A DNA stretch of 15,977 bases from Armatimonadia bacterium (lineage in GTDB: Bacteria > Armatimonadota > Zipacnadia > Zipacnadales > UBA11051): NCBI GenBank assembly GCA_039683575.1, contig JBDKRC010000012.1, forward strand, positions 1 through 15,977, in the 5' to 3' direction. Positions 7,898-15,854 of this stretch are shown here, piece after piece (the first letter of the stretch is position 1; each line of letters begins with the position of its first letter). A model generated the notes under the pieces. The model ran no database searches, had not been told where the DNA came from, and saw only the letters and a program-made list of their open reading frames with translations. Both the position numbers and the translations under genes were made by a program.

Positions 7898-9316
7898 CTA
7901 CAATGTCGGCCGCCGCATCCCCGCCTCAATCTCCTCGAGCAGATCCAGCGTCAGGTTCCGAACGTCCTCGGGCAATCGCGCCAGTTCCCTCTGCAGCACC
8001 TGCTCGCCTAAGGTCTGCGTCTCCGGCGAGGCGTGGTCCAGCAGGTACTCTTTGAACGCCAGGAGGGCATTGGCCGAGCAGCGCTCATTCGTGCAGGTCC
8101 GCGCCAGCCGCTGCTCGGGCTTGGAAGGGCTTTCGGACACCGGGTAGCAAGACGCACAGAAATTGGGCACAAAGCCCACTTCACACATCCGGTACACCAG
8201 CGTCTCAAGCGCGCGTGGACGACCGATGTTGAGCGTCCCAGCGGCGCTCGGGTCCCCATCGGAAGTATAGACGCCCGGGTAGCTCAGGGAGCCGACGCTC
8301 ACGGATGATATCCCAAGCGCATAGAGTTCGCGGCGCACTTCGCTCGGTGCCGGAGTGGACAGGATGATATCAGCCCGCGGGCGGGCCAGTCTCGTCACCG
8401 CCACTATGAAGCAGAAGTCATCGTCGCTGACCTGCCGCTCGGGGGTCTGCGAAGCCGGCGCATGTGGCGCCGCGATCATCCGCGGGAAGCTGACGGCATG
8501 TGGCGCCACGGCGTATGTCCGCTCAAGGTGCTCGACATGTGCGATCAGGGCCGGGATCTCAAAACGGAAATCCGCGAGCCCCAGGAGGACGCCGAGGCCA
8601 AGGTTGGTGAACCCCGCCTCCGCCGCCAGGTCGTGGCATGTCAGCCGCTTCTCATAGTCTGACTTGGGCCCCGCGGGGTGAAGCTCCCGGTACACCTCCG
8701 GGTCGTAGGTATCCTGGTACACGTGGTAGGTCCCCAGCCGCGACGCCTCGCGCAGGTCCTGGAGTTCTTCCAACCGCAGGGCATTCACGTTGATGTCCAC
8801 GCGCTGGATCTGGCGGATGCCGGTCCGCGCGCCGTGCGCAGCCCAGACCATGTCGCGGATGTAGGGCAGCCCGCTGCGGTCATCGCCGAAAACGAGCGTG
8901 AGGTGCCGGTACCCCTCGTCGAGCAGTCCCAGCACCTCACGCTGCAGATCGCGCGTCGTGCTCATCTTGCGCTGCAAATGGCTGTTGGAGCGCCGCAGCG
9001 GGCAATAGAGGCACTCGTTGACACAGCGGTTATTAGGGCACACGGGGGCCATGAGGTTGATGCGGCCACCATACTGCTTGCGGTGAAGCTGCCGCGCTGT
9101 CTCGAGCACTTCCTGCCGCAGCCGCGGATCGCTGACCTGGATCAGTACGGCCGCCTCAGCGGGAGCCAGCCCCCGTCCGGCGGCCGCCTTGAGCAGTATC
9201 TCTCGCACTGCCTCAACCGTTGCCCCTTCGCCCGTCTCAAGCCACCCCGCAATGGCAGCGGGATTGCAGATGCGCTCGGAAGTCTCCATCAGACGGTCAC
9301 GAGGCCATTCGCTCAT
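7898..9316 (-). CDS. hydG: HydG-like radical SAM [FeFe]-hydrogenase maturase, divergent, 472 aa
   Basis: CVNECLYC radical SAM motif, HPAGPKSDY, PHAVSFPR, C-terminal CX2CX22C auxiliary-cluster motif and NALLAFKEYLLD. Directly downstream of hydA. AAGGAG RBS before ATG 9316; alternative start at 9337. Confidence 0.85.
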   Translation of the reverse strand: MSEWPRDRLMETSERICNPAAIAGWLETGEGATVEAVREILLKAAAGRGLAPAEAAVLIQVSDPRLRQEVLETARQLHRKQYGGRINLMAPVCPNNRCVNECLYCPLRRSNSHLQRKMSTTRDLQREVLGLLDEGYRHLTLVFGDDRSGLPYIRDMVWAAHGARTGIRQIQRVDINVNALRLEELQDLREASRLGTYHVYQDTYDPEVYRELHPAGPKSDYEKRLTCHDLAAEAGFTNLGLGVLLGLADFRFEIPALIAHVEHLERTYAVAPHAVSFPRMIAAPHAPASQTPERQVSDDDFCFIVAVTRLARPRADIILSTPAPSEVRRELYALGISSVSVGSLSYPGVYTSDGDPSAAGTLNIGRPRALETLVYRMCEVGFVPNFCASCYPVSESPSKPEQRLARTCTNERCSANALLAFKEYLLDHASPETQTLGEQVLQRELARLPEDVRNLTLDLLEEIEAGMRRPTL

Positions 9317-9370
9317 GTGTACTCCTTGACTGCTCATAGGCCACCTCACGCTCCAGTCACTCCGAACCCA

Positions 9371-11116
9371 CTACTCGACGGGTATCTGCACCGCATCCTT
9401 GGTTCGTGGAGTGTATTTCGTGTGCAGCAGATGGTGCGACTTCTCGCTCAGCGGCTTGCCGAGGAACTTGTCGTAGATCGCCGTGATGGACGGGTTCTCG
9501 TGCGAGCGCCGAATGGGCAGCTCCGCGTCGGCGCGGTAGATGGCCTCGGCGCGGGCCTTCCGTATCTCCATCGAAGTCGGGATCGGCTGCCCGCCGCCGC
9601 CCAGACAGCCACCGGGGCAGGCCATGAACTCGATGAAGTGATACCCGCCCTCGCCGCGGGCGACCTTCTCCAGCAGCTTGGCGGCATTTGACAGCCCGTG
9701 GGCCACCGCGGCCTTGACCTCCAGATCGCCCACCTTCACCGTGGCCTCTTTGACCCCTTCCATCCCGCGCACGGCCACGATGTCGATGTTCTCCAGCCTC
9801 TCGCCGGTTATGACCTCGTACGCCGTCCGCAGCGCTGCTTCCATGACACCGCCGGTCGCGCCGAAGATCACTGCGGCGCCCGTGGATTCGCCCAGCGGGT
9901 CGTCATAGTCGCTCTCCGGCAGGTTCGCGAAGTCCAGCCCCTTCTCTTTGATCATCTGCGCCAGTTCACGCGTTGTGAGGACATAATCAACGTCCTGGAA
10001 GCCCGAATCGTTCATCTCCGGCCGCGCTGCTTCGTACTTTTTGGCGGTGCAGGGCATGATCGAGATTACCCGAATCGTCGCCGGGTCAATCCCGGCCTGC
10101 TCGGCGTAGTACGTCTTGGCCAGCGTTCCGAACATCTGCTGCGGGGACTTGCAGCTCGACAGGTTCGGCAGCAGGTCAGGGTAGAAGTGCTCGATGAACT
10201 TGATCCAGCCGGGGCTGCACGAGGTAAGCTGCGGCAGCACCCCGCCATTGGTCACCCGGTGGATCAACTCGTAGCCCTCTTCCATGATCGTGAGGTCGGC
10301 GGTGAAGTCGGTGTCGAAGACCGCGTCAAAGCCCAACTCCCGCAGAGCGGTCGTCATCTGCCGGGTCACGATCTGCCCTGGCGGCATGCCGAGGGCCTCT
10401 CCCAGCCCGATACGCACCGCCGGAGCGGTCTGCACCACAGTATGGACGCTGGGGTCCTCCAGCGCGGCCCAGACGGCGTTGATGTGGCTCTTCTCCGTCA
10501 GCGCCCCGGTCGGGCACCGGTTGATGCACTGGCCGCAGTTCACGCACAGGGCGTTGCCAAGCGGCGTGTCAAAAGGCGCGCCGATGACGCTGTCATACCC
10601 GCGCCCTTTCAGCCGCAGCCCCGCCACGCCCTGGATGCCGTCACAGGTTTGCAGGCACCGGCGGCACAGGATGCACTTACCGGGGTCGCGGACTACTGAG
10701 AGGCTCGAATCGTCCACTTCCGTCGTGGGCGGCTCGGCTCGCACCCGCACCTCGCGCATCCCCAACTCCTCGGCCAGCGTCTGCAGCTCACAGTTGCGGT
10801 TGCGCGCGCAGGCCGTGCAGTCGGACGGATGGTCCGACAGCAGCAACTCCACCACCGTCCGCCGCGCCTTGCGCACCGCGGACGAATGCGTCTGTACGCT
10901 CATGCCCTCGCGCACCGGGAAGGTACACGAGGGTTGCAGCACCCGCTCGCCCTCGATCTCTACAAGGCACACCCGGCACGCCCCCTGCGCCTGCAAGTCG
11001 GGATGGTAGCACAGGGTTGGGATCTTCATGCCGGCCTGCTGGGCCACCTGCAGCACGGTCATGCCGGGGCTCGCGCTCACGGTCTGGCCGTTGATTGTGA
11101 TGTTGAACTCAGACAT
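9371..11116 (-). CDS. hndD: [FeFe]-hydrogenase catalytic subunit, group A3 (HndD/HydA), 581 aa
   Basis: N-terminal 2Fe-2S (IPTLC...GACRVC...SC), His-ligated 4Fe-4S (HPSDCTAC...C), 2x[4Fe-4S]. H-cluster motifs TSCSPGW, MPCTAKKYE and EFMACPGGCLGGGGQP. Small-subunit tail RSHENP...HLLHT. Confidence 0.95.
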   Translation of the reverse strand: MSEFNITINGQTVSASPGMTVLQVAQQAGMKIPTLCYHPDLQAQGACRVCLVEIEGERVLQPSCTFPVREGMSVQTHSSAVRKARRTVVELLLSDHPSDCTACARNRNCELQTLAEELGMREVRVRAEPPTTEVDDSSLSVVRDPGKCILCRRCLQTCDGIQGVAGLRLKGRGYDSVIGAPFDTPLGNALCVNCGQCINRCPTGALTEKSHINAVWAALEDPSVHTVVQTAPAVRIGLGEALGMPPGQIVTRQMTTALRELGFDAVFDTDFTADLTIMEEGYELIHRVTNGGVLPQLTSCSPGWIKFIEHFYPDLLPNLSSCKSPQQMFGTLAKTYYAEQAGIDPATIRVISIMPCTAKKYEAARPEMNDSGFQDVDYVLTTRELAQMIKEKGLDFANLPESDYDDPLGESTGAAVIFGATGGVMEAALRTAYEVITGERLENIDIVAVRGMEGVKEATVKVGDLEVKAAVAHGLSNAAKLLEKVARGEGGYHFIEFMACPGGCLGGGGQPIPTSMEIRKARAEAIYRADAELPIRRSHENPSITAIYDKFLGKPLSEKSHHLLHTKYTPRTKDAVQIPVE

Positions 11117-11146
11117 TGATGGGTTCTCCTCTTCTCGCTGCAGTCC

Positions 11147-11258
11147 GCTGTTGGGCGGGGCTTGGCGATGTCCTCATCGCAGCTCATACCCCGCCGGTCG
11201 TTATCCACGATCACCTATCGCCACACGCGGCGGGGTACGGAGCCCCCGCCCTACAGCC
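11147..11258. repeat. REPIN-like inverted REP pair between hydB and hydA
   Basis: The right copy (11227-11258) is the reverse complement of ctGTAGGGCGGGGGCTCCGTACCCCGCCGC. The left degenerate copy (11147-11196; GTTGGGCGGGG...CTCATACCCCGCCG) carries an internal GCGATG-TCCT-CATCGC hairpin. Confidence 0.7.
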
Positions 11259-11269
11259 GGAGCCATGCT

Positions 11270-14200
11270 TCACGCTTCCTCGCAAACGTAGTCACAGTGC
11301 AGGCAGCGCCCCGCTTCACGGCAGGCTACCCCGAACGAGAAGCCCTGCTCGACCTCGCCGAAGCCGCTCAGCCGGTATTCCACCGACAGCATCCCCGGCA
11401 CCGCGGGCTTCATCTCTTGCTCGCCCAACTCCTCGAGCCGCTCCATTACTTCCATCGAGACCCGAGTCTTCGGGCGCTTCTTTGCCTCAGGCAGCTTCTC
11501 GCCGGACAGATAGCTGTGAATGCGCCGGGCAGCCTTGTGGCCGTCGGCGATGGCATCCACCACGGTCATGTCGCCCTCGATGGCGTCACCGCCGGCGAAG
11601 ACGTTGGGCCGGTCCGTGGCCAGCGTCAGCGGATCGCAACAGACCTTGCCGCGATTGGTGGCCACGCAGCCGCAGTCGCCCTCCACAACCTGCCCGAGAG
11701 CGGGTATGACCGTGTCCACGTCAAGCGTGAACTCCTGCCCCTCGGCCGGCACTGGCCGTCGCCGCCCGCTCGTGTCCCACTCGCCCAGCGTCATCTGCTG
11801 GCAGACGAGCGCCGAGACCTTGCCGTCCTTGACCAGGACCTCCTTGGGCGCCGCCAGGAAGTGGAACTGCACGCCCTCGGTTTCTGCGTCCTCGATCTCC
11901 CGCTCGTGGGCCGGCATCTCATCCCGCGTGCGCCGGTACACCAGATGAACCTCTTCCACACCCATGCGCAACGCCGAACGCGCCGAGTCGATGGCCGTGT
12001 CACCACCGCCGATCACAGCCACCTTGTTCCCGACCCTGACATCCTTGAGCAGCGCCAGGTCGCGCAGGAACTGCACGGCGTCAATGACGCCCTCAGCCTG
12101 CCCTCCGGGGCAATCCAGCGGTACGCCTCGGTGGCAGCCGATGGCCAGGAACGTGGCCTGGTAGCCGTCCTGCTCGAGGTCCTCGAGGGTGTAGTCCTTG
12201 CCAAACTCAACGCCGGTCTTTAGCTCCACGCCGAGCGACAGGATGTCCTCGATCTCCTGCTGCAGGATGTCCTTGGGCAGCCGGTAGTCCGGGATGCCCA
12301 GCGTCATCATGCCGCCCGCGATCAGTTGCTTCTCGAACACCGTGACATCGTAGCCCCTGATCGCCAGATCATTGGCGGCAGTAAGCCCGGCCGGGCCAGC
12401 CCCCACAACCGCCACCTTCTGCAGGCGTCGCGGCGCGATGGTGGGCTGCCACGGCTTGGTGCGCATGTCCGCCGCCGCCCGCTTGAGCAGCCGAATCGCC
12501 AGCGGTGCGTCGAGCTGTCCGCGACGGCAGTGCGACTCGCAGTAGGCGGTGCAAACGCGGCCGCACACCGATGGGAAGGGGTTAGCAGCCCGGATCACGG
12601 CGTAGGCGTCGTCAATGCGGCTTTCCGCCATCGCCGTCACGTAGGCCGGCACGTCCACGCCCGCCGGGCAGGCATGTTCGCAGGGGGCCTTCATGATCTC
12701 GCTGCAGGTCCCCGCGCGGCAGTACTTGTCGCGGATATGCTCTTCGTACTCGTCGCGGAAGTACCTGATCGTGCTCAGAACCGGGTTCGGCGCCGTCTGC
12801 CCGAGCCCGCACAGGGCCGTCTGCTTGATCTGCTCGCCGAGGTCCAGCAGGAGCTCGATGTCGCCCTGGCGCCCCTCGCCCTCGCAGATGCGCTCGAGGA
12901 TCTCGAGCATGCGCTTGGTCCCGATCCGGCACGGCGGGCACTTGCCGCACGACTCGTCCTGGACGAACTCCAGGAAGAACCGCGCGAGGTCCACCATGCA
13001 GGTGGTGTCGTCCATCACGATCAGCCCGCCCGAGCCCATGATCGACCCGAGTTCTTTGAGGTTCTCGTAGTCCACCTGGGTGTTGAGAGCCTGAACCGGC
13101 AGGCAGCCGCCGGACGGCCCTCCGCTTTGGGCAGCCTTGAACTTCCGCCCTCCGCGGATGCCGCCGCCGATCTCGTAGATGATCGTGCCCAGCGTCGTCC
13201 CCATCGGCACCTCGACCAGACCGGTGTTGTTCACATGGCCGGCCAGGGCAAAGACCTTCGTCCCCTTGGACTTCTCCGTCCCGACCGAAGCGAACCACTC
13301 CGCACCTTTGAGGATGATGGGCGGGATGTTGGCATATGTCTCAACATTGTTGAGCAGCGTCGGCTTGTCCCACAGGCCCTTCTGGGCCGGGAACGGCGGC
13401 CTCGGCCGAGGCTCGCCGCGCTTGCCCTCGATGGAGTGCATCAGCGCGGTCTCCTCGCCGCAGACGAACGCGCCAGCTCCCATCCGCAGCTCTATGTCGA
13501 AGCTGTGGGCACTACCAAACAGGTTCTCGCCCAGCAACCCGTAGTGTCGCGCCTGCGCCAGCGCCACGTTGAGACGCTCGATGGCCAGCGGATACTCGGC
13601 CCGGATGTAGATGTAGCCCTTATTGGAGCCAATCGCATATCCGGCAATCGCCATCGCCTCGATCACGCTATGGGGATCGCCTTCAAGGACACTCCTGTCC
13701 ATGAAGGCGCCCGGATCGCCCTCGTCCGCGTTGCACACCACATACTTCGGCGTCTCGGTGGACTTGGCGGTTAGTTCCCATTTCAGGCCGGTCGGAAAGC
13801 CGCCGCCGCCGCGCCCGCGCAGCCCAGAGGCTTTCACCTCGGCAATCACCTGCTCCGGCGTCATCTCGGTGAGCACCTTCGCCAGCGCCTCATAGCCATC
13901 GCGAGCGATGTACTCCTCGATGTTGCCGGGGTCAATCTCGCCGCAGTTGCGCAGTACTACCTTGCGCTGCAGCGCAAAAAACGGAATCTGCTCCATGCTC
14001 AGTGCCGGCGTCTCGCCCTCTGGCGGCACATACATCAGCCGCTCGACTACACGCCCCTTAAGCAGGTGCTCAGATACAATGGTACAGGCATCGTCCGCGG
14101 TCAGCTTCTGATAGAAGACGCCTTCCGGGTACACCACTGCCACCGGGCCCAGATCACATGAGCCCATGCAGCCAGTGCGCACCACCCGCACTTCATTCGC

Positions 14201-14311
14201 CAGATCATTCTCGTCCAGAGCCTGTTCCAGCGCATCGGCGACCGCCTGGGAAGCGGAGGAGACGCAGCCGGCGCCGGCACAGACCAGGACATGCGAACGG
14301 TAAGCGTGCAT
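11270..14311 (-). CDS. hndC: HndC/HydB (NuoF-like NADH/FMN subunit) fused to a C-terminal GltD/NfnB-like FAD/NAD(P)H oxidoreductase, 1013 aa
   Basis: N-terminal thioredoxin-like 2Fe-2S domain, GLRGRGGGGFPTG, CNADEGDPGAFMDR, GAFVCGEETAL and ESCGKCPPCRIG. These are followed by APCEHACP, VCGRVC...CESHC, VAVVGAGPAGL, GIPDYRLP, VIGGGDTAID...YRR, FAGGD and EAGRCLHC. Start at ATG 14311 has a GAGGTG RBS; alternative start at 14332. Confidence 0.92.
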   Translation of the reverse strand: MHAYRSHVLVCAGAGCVSSASQAVADALEQALDENDLANEVRVVRTGCMGSCDLGPVAVVYPEGVFYQKLTADDACTIVSEHLLKGRVVERLMYVPPEGETPALSMEQIPFFALQRKVVLRNCGEIDPGNIEEYIARDGYEALAKVLTEMTPEQVIAEVKASGLRGRGGGGFPTGLKWELTAKSTETPKYVVCNADEGDPGAFMDRSVLEGDPHSVIEAMAIAGYAIGSNKGYIYIRAEYPLAIERLNVALAQARHYGLLGENLFGSAHSFDIELRMGAGAFVCGEETALMHSIEGKRGEPRPRPPFPAQKGLWDKPTLLNNVETYANIPPIILKGAEWFASVGTEKSKGTKVFALAGHVNNTGLVEVPMGTTLGTIIYEIGGGIRGGRKFKAAQSGGPSGGCLPVQALNTQVDYENLKELGSIMGSGGLIVMDDTTCMVDLARFFLEFVQDESCGKCPPCRIGTKRMLEILERICEGEGRQGDIELLLDLGEQIKQTALCGLGQTAPNPVLSTIRYFRDEYEEHIRDKYCRAGTCSEIMKAPCEHACPAGVDVPAYVTAMAESRIDDAYAVIRAANPFPSVCGRVCTAYCESHCRRGQLDAPLAIRLLKRAAADMRTKPWQPTIAPRRLQKVAVVGAGPAGLTAANDLAIRGYDVTVFEKQLIAGGMMTLGIPDYRLPKDILQQEIEDILSLGVELKTGVEFGKDYTLEDLEQDGYQATFLAIGCHRGVPLDCPGGQAEGVIDAVQFLRDLALLKDVRVGNKVAVIGGGDTAIDSARSALRMGVEEVHLVYRRTRDEMPAHEREIEDAETEGVQFHFLAAPKEVLVKDGKVSALVCQQMTLGEWDTSGRRRPVPAEGQEFTLDVDTVIPALGQVVEGDCGCVATNRGKVCCDPLTLATDRPNVFAGGDAIEGDMTVVDAIADGHKAARRIHSYLSGEKLPEAKKRPKTRVSMEVMERLEELGEQEMKPAVPGMLSVEYRLSGFGEVEQGFSFGVACREAGRCLHCDYVCEEA

Positions 14312-14346
14312 CTGCTGCACCTCGTCTCTCATAATGCGTGAAAACG

Positions 14347-14823
14347 CTACTGGTACTTATCCAGAACCTCAGGCACCCGCATCGGCTTGACGCGGTCAAA
14401 GACATCGTCATCCACCGTCATCACGGGCGACAGCCCGCAGGCTCCGACACACCGCACGATATCCAGGCTGAAGCGCATATCGTCGCTGGTCTCCCCCACT
14501 CCACACCCACATTGCTTGGACACTGCCTCCAGCACACGCTTACCGCCCCGCACGTAGCACGCCGTGCCCTGACATACCTTGATGATGTGCCGCCCGCGCG
14601 GGACCGTGGTGAAGAAGCTGTAGAAGGTCACCACGCCCTCCACCGTCCCCACCGGCACTCCCAGCTTCCTCGCGATGTACTCCTGCACGCCCTGCGGGAG
14701 GTACCCGATCTCTTCCTGCGTGGCGTGCAAGATCTCAATCAGGGAATCCGGCTCACATCCCTTCTGCTCCACAATCGCATCGATTTTCGGAAAGCTCTCG
14801 GCGCAAGCACATGAATCCGACAT
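14347..14823 (-). CDS. hndA: HndA/HydC NuoE-like 2Fe-2S subunit, 158 aa
   Basis: LIEILH..QE..GYLP, GVVTFYSFF, VCQGTACYVRG and RCVGACGLSP. AGGAGG RBS. Confidence 0.93.
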   Translation of the reverse strand: MSDSCACAESFPKIDAIVEQKGCEPDSLIEILHATQEEIGYLPQGVQEYIARKLGVPVGTVEGVVTFYSFFTTVPRGRHIIKVCQGTACYVRGGKRVLEAVSKQCGCGVGETSDDMRFSLDIVRCVGACGLSPVMTVDDDVFDRVKPMRVPEVLDKYQ

Positions 14824-14836
14824 CCCAGAAAGCCTC

Positions 14837-15199
14837 CTATCTGCTGCCGATTACGTATTCGGAGACCACGTGGCCGTTCACGATCTGCTCGGCCACAATG
14901 CGACGCATGACCGGCGGAGTAACCCCGCCATACGTCACGACCGGCTGCCCCGGCACATGGACCTCGACCACCGGCTCGCGGTCGCACAGGCCCTTGCAGC
15001 CCGTCTGAGTGACGCTGACCTGGTTCAGGTCCCGCTGCGCCAACTCGTCCAACAACGCGCTCATTGTCTCCCGCGCCCCCGCGGCAATGCCACAGGTGCC
15101 CATCGCCACCACAATCCGGGGGTTTCCATCCGAATCCCTCACCGCCAACTCGGCTTTAGCCCGTTCACGAATTGCCTGCAATTCCTCTCGTGACTTCAC
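14837..15199 (-). CDS. hndB: HndB/HydD thioredoxin-like 2Fe-2S ferredoxin subunit, 120 aa
   Basis: KSREELQAIRE, IVVAMGTCGIAAGAR, QTGCKGLCDREPVVEV and IVAEQIVNG..V.EY. GTG start. Confidence 0.9.
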   Translation of the reverse strand: MKSREELQAIRERAKAELAVRDSDGNPRIVVAMGTCGIAAGARETMSALLDELAQRDLNQVSVTQTGCKGLCDREPVVEVHVPGQPVVTYGGVTPPVMRRIVAEQIVNGHVVSEYVIGSR

Positions 15200-15267
15200 T
15201 GCGTTTGATGCCCCCTTTCGGGTATCAACAAGCGATTCAGCCTGATTGAGGCGCCGGAGGCGCTCGT

Positions 15268-15813
15268 TCAGGCGTTACTGCCGATTTGACGGAGCCCCTC
15301 CCGCACTTCCCGAGCGAGGCGGCACAGGCCGCTGGGGGTGGTCAGCGGGCAATGAGGCTCCCAGTCCAACGCCGCGGTATCCAGTACATAGCATCCTGCC
15401 CTGGCCGTATGCCGGTACTGCAGCCGGATATCAGCCGCATGACACCCCATGGCCTGGATCGCAGACCCAATCTCTCCCAGCGGCGGGCGGTCCAGGTGAC
15501 TGAGCCGCATCTGCGCCCGCACCGTGGCCCCGCATCCCGGCTCTGACAGCACTTCCACGCAACCTCCAGCCTGCTCGCAAGTCGCCTCAAGGAGTGCCAG
15601 GCCGAGCCCAAACCGCCGCGTCGTCCGCGTCGTGTAGAACGCATCCGTCGCTCGCGCCACCACTTCCGCCGGGAAGCCCCTCCCGTTGTCCCGCACGCTA
15701 ATGAGCAGCAGGTCGTTGAATTGGTCCTCCACAACCTCCAGTTCGATCTCGTCCGCCCCAGCCTCGAGCGAGTTGCGCATCAAGTCCAGAATGTGGTCAG
15801 CAAGCTCCCGCAT
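15268..15813 (-). CDS. Stand-alone HATPase_c ATP-binding protein of the type commonly found before hnd operons, 181 aa
   Basis: MRELADHILDLMRNS.EAGA, DNGRG, DAFYTTRTTRRFGLGL and SHLDRPPLG. No HisKA domain. Confidence 0.88.
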   Translation of the reverse strand: MRELADHILDLMRNSLEAGADEIELEVVEDQFNDLLLISVRDNGRGFPAEVVARATDAFYTTRTTRRFGLGLALLEATCEQAGGCVEVLSEPGCGATVRAQMRLSHLDRPPLGEIGSAIQAMGCHAADIRLQYRHTARAGCYVLDTAALDWEPHCPLTTPSGLCRLAREVREGLRQIGSNA

Positions 15814-15854
15814 CCCCAACCTCAATCATGTAGGAACGGTCACCAGACCGCGAC

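Noticed and set aside
7804-7929. N-terminal extension of the 866-aa sensor ORF
   Set aside because: It is a translation of REP DNA (GGVRAPALQ, GETPVLR) and overlaps the hydG stop.
10205-10228. TSCSPGW instead of TSCCPGW in HydA motif P1
   Set aside because: A common, known variant among HndD-type group A3 hydrogenases; not evidence of inactivity or novelty.
12326-13774. Long plus-strand ORFs (482 aa here; also 8678-9691, 9698-10699, 11162-12223 and others)
   Set aside because: Antisense shadows of high-GC minus-strand genes, with no recognisable motifs.
15814-15854. Possible remnant 3' end of an upstream gene (e.g. PHP-domain) cut by the IS
   Set aside because: The suggestive frame (SRSGDRSYMIE) is preceded by an in-frame TAG at the target site, and the fragment is too short to assign.
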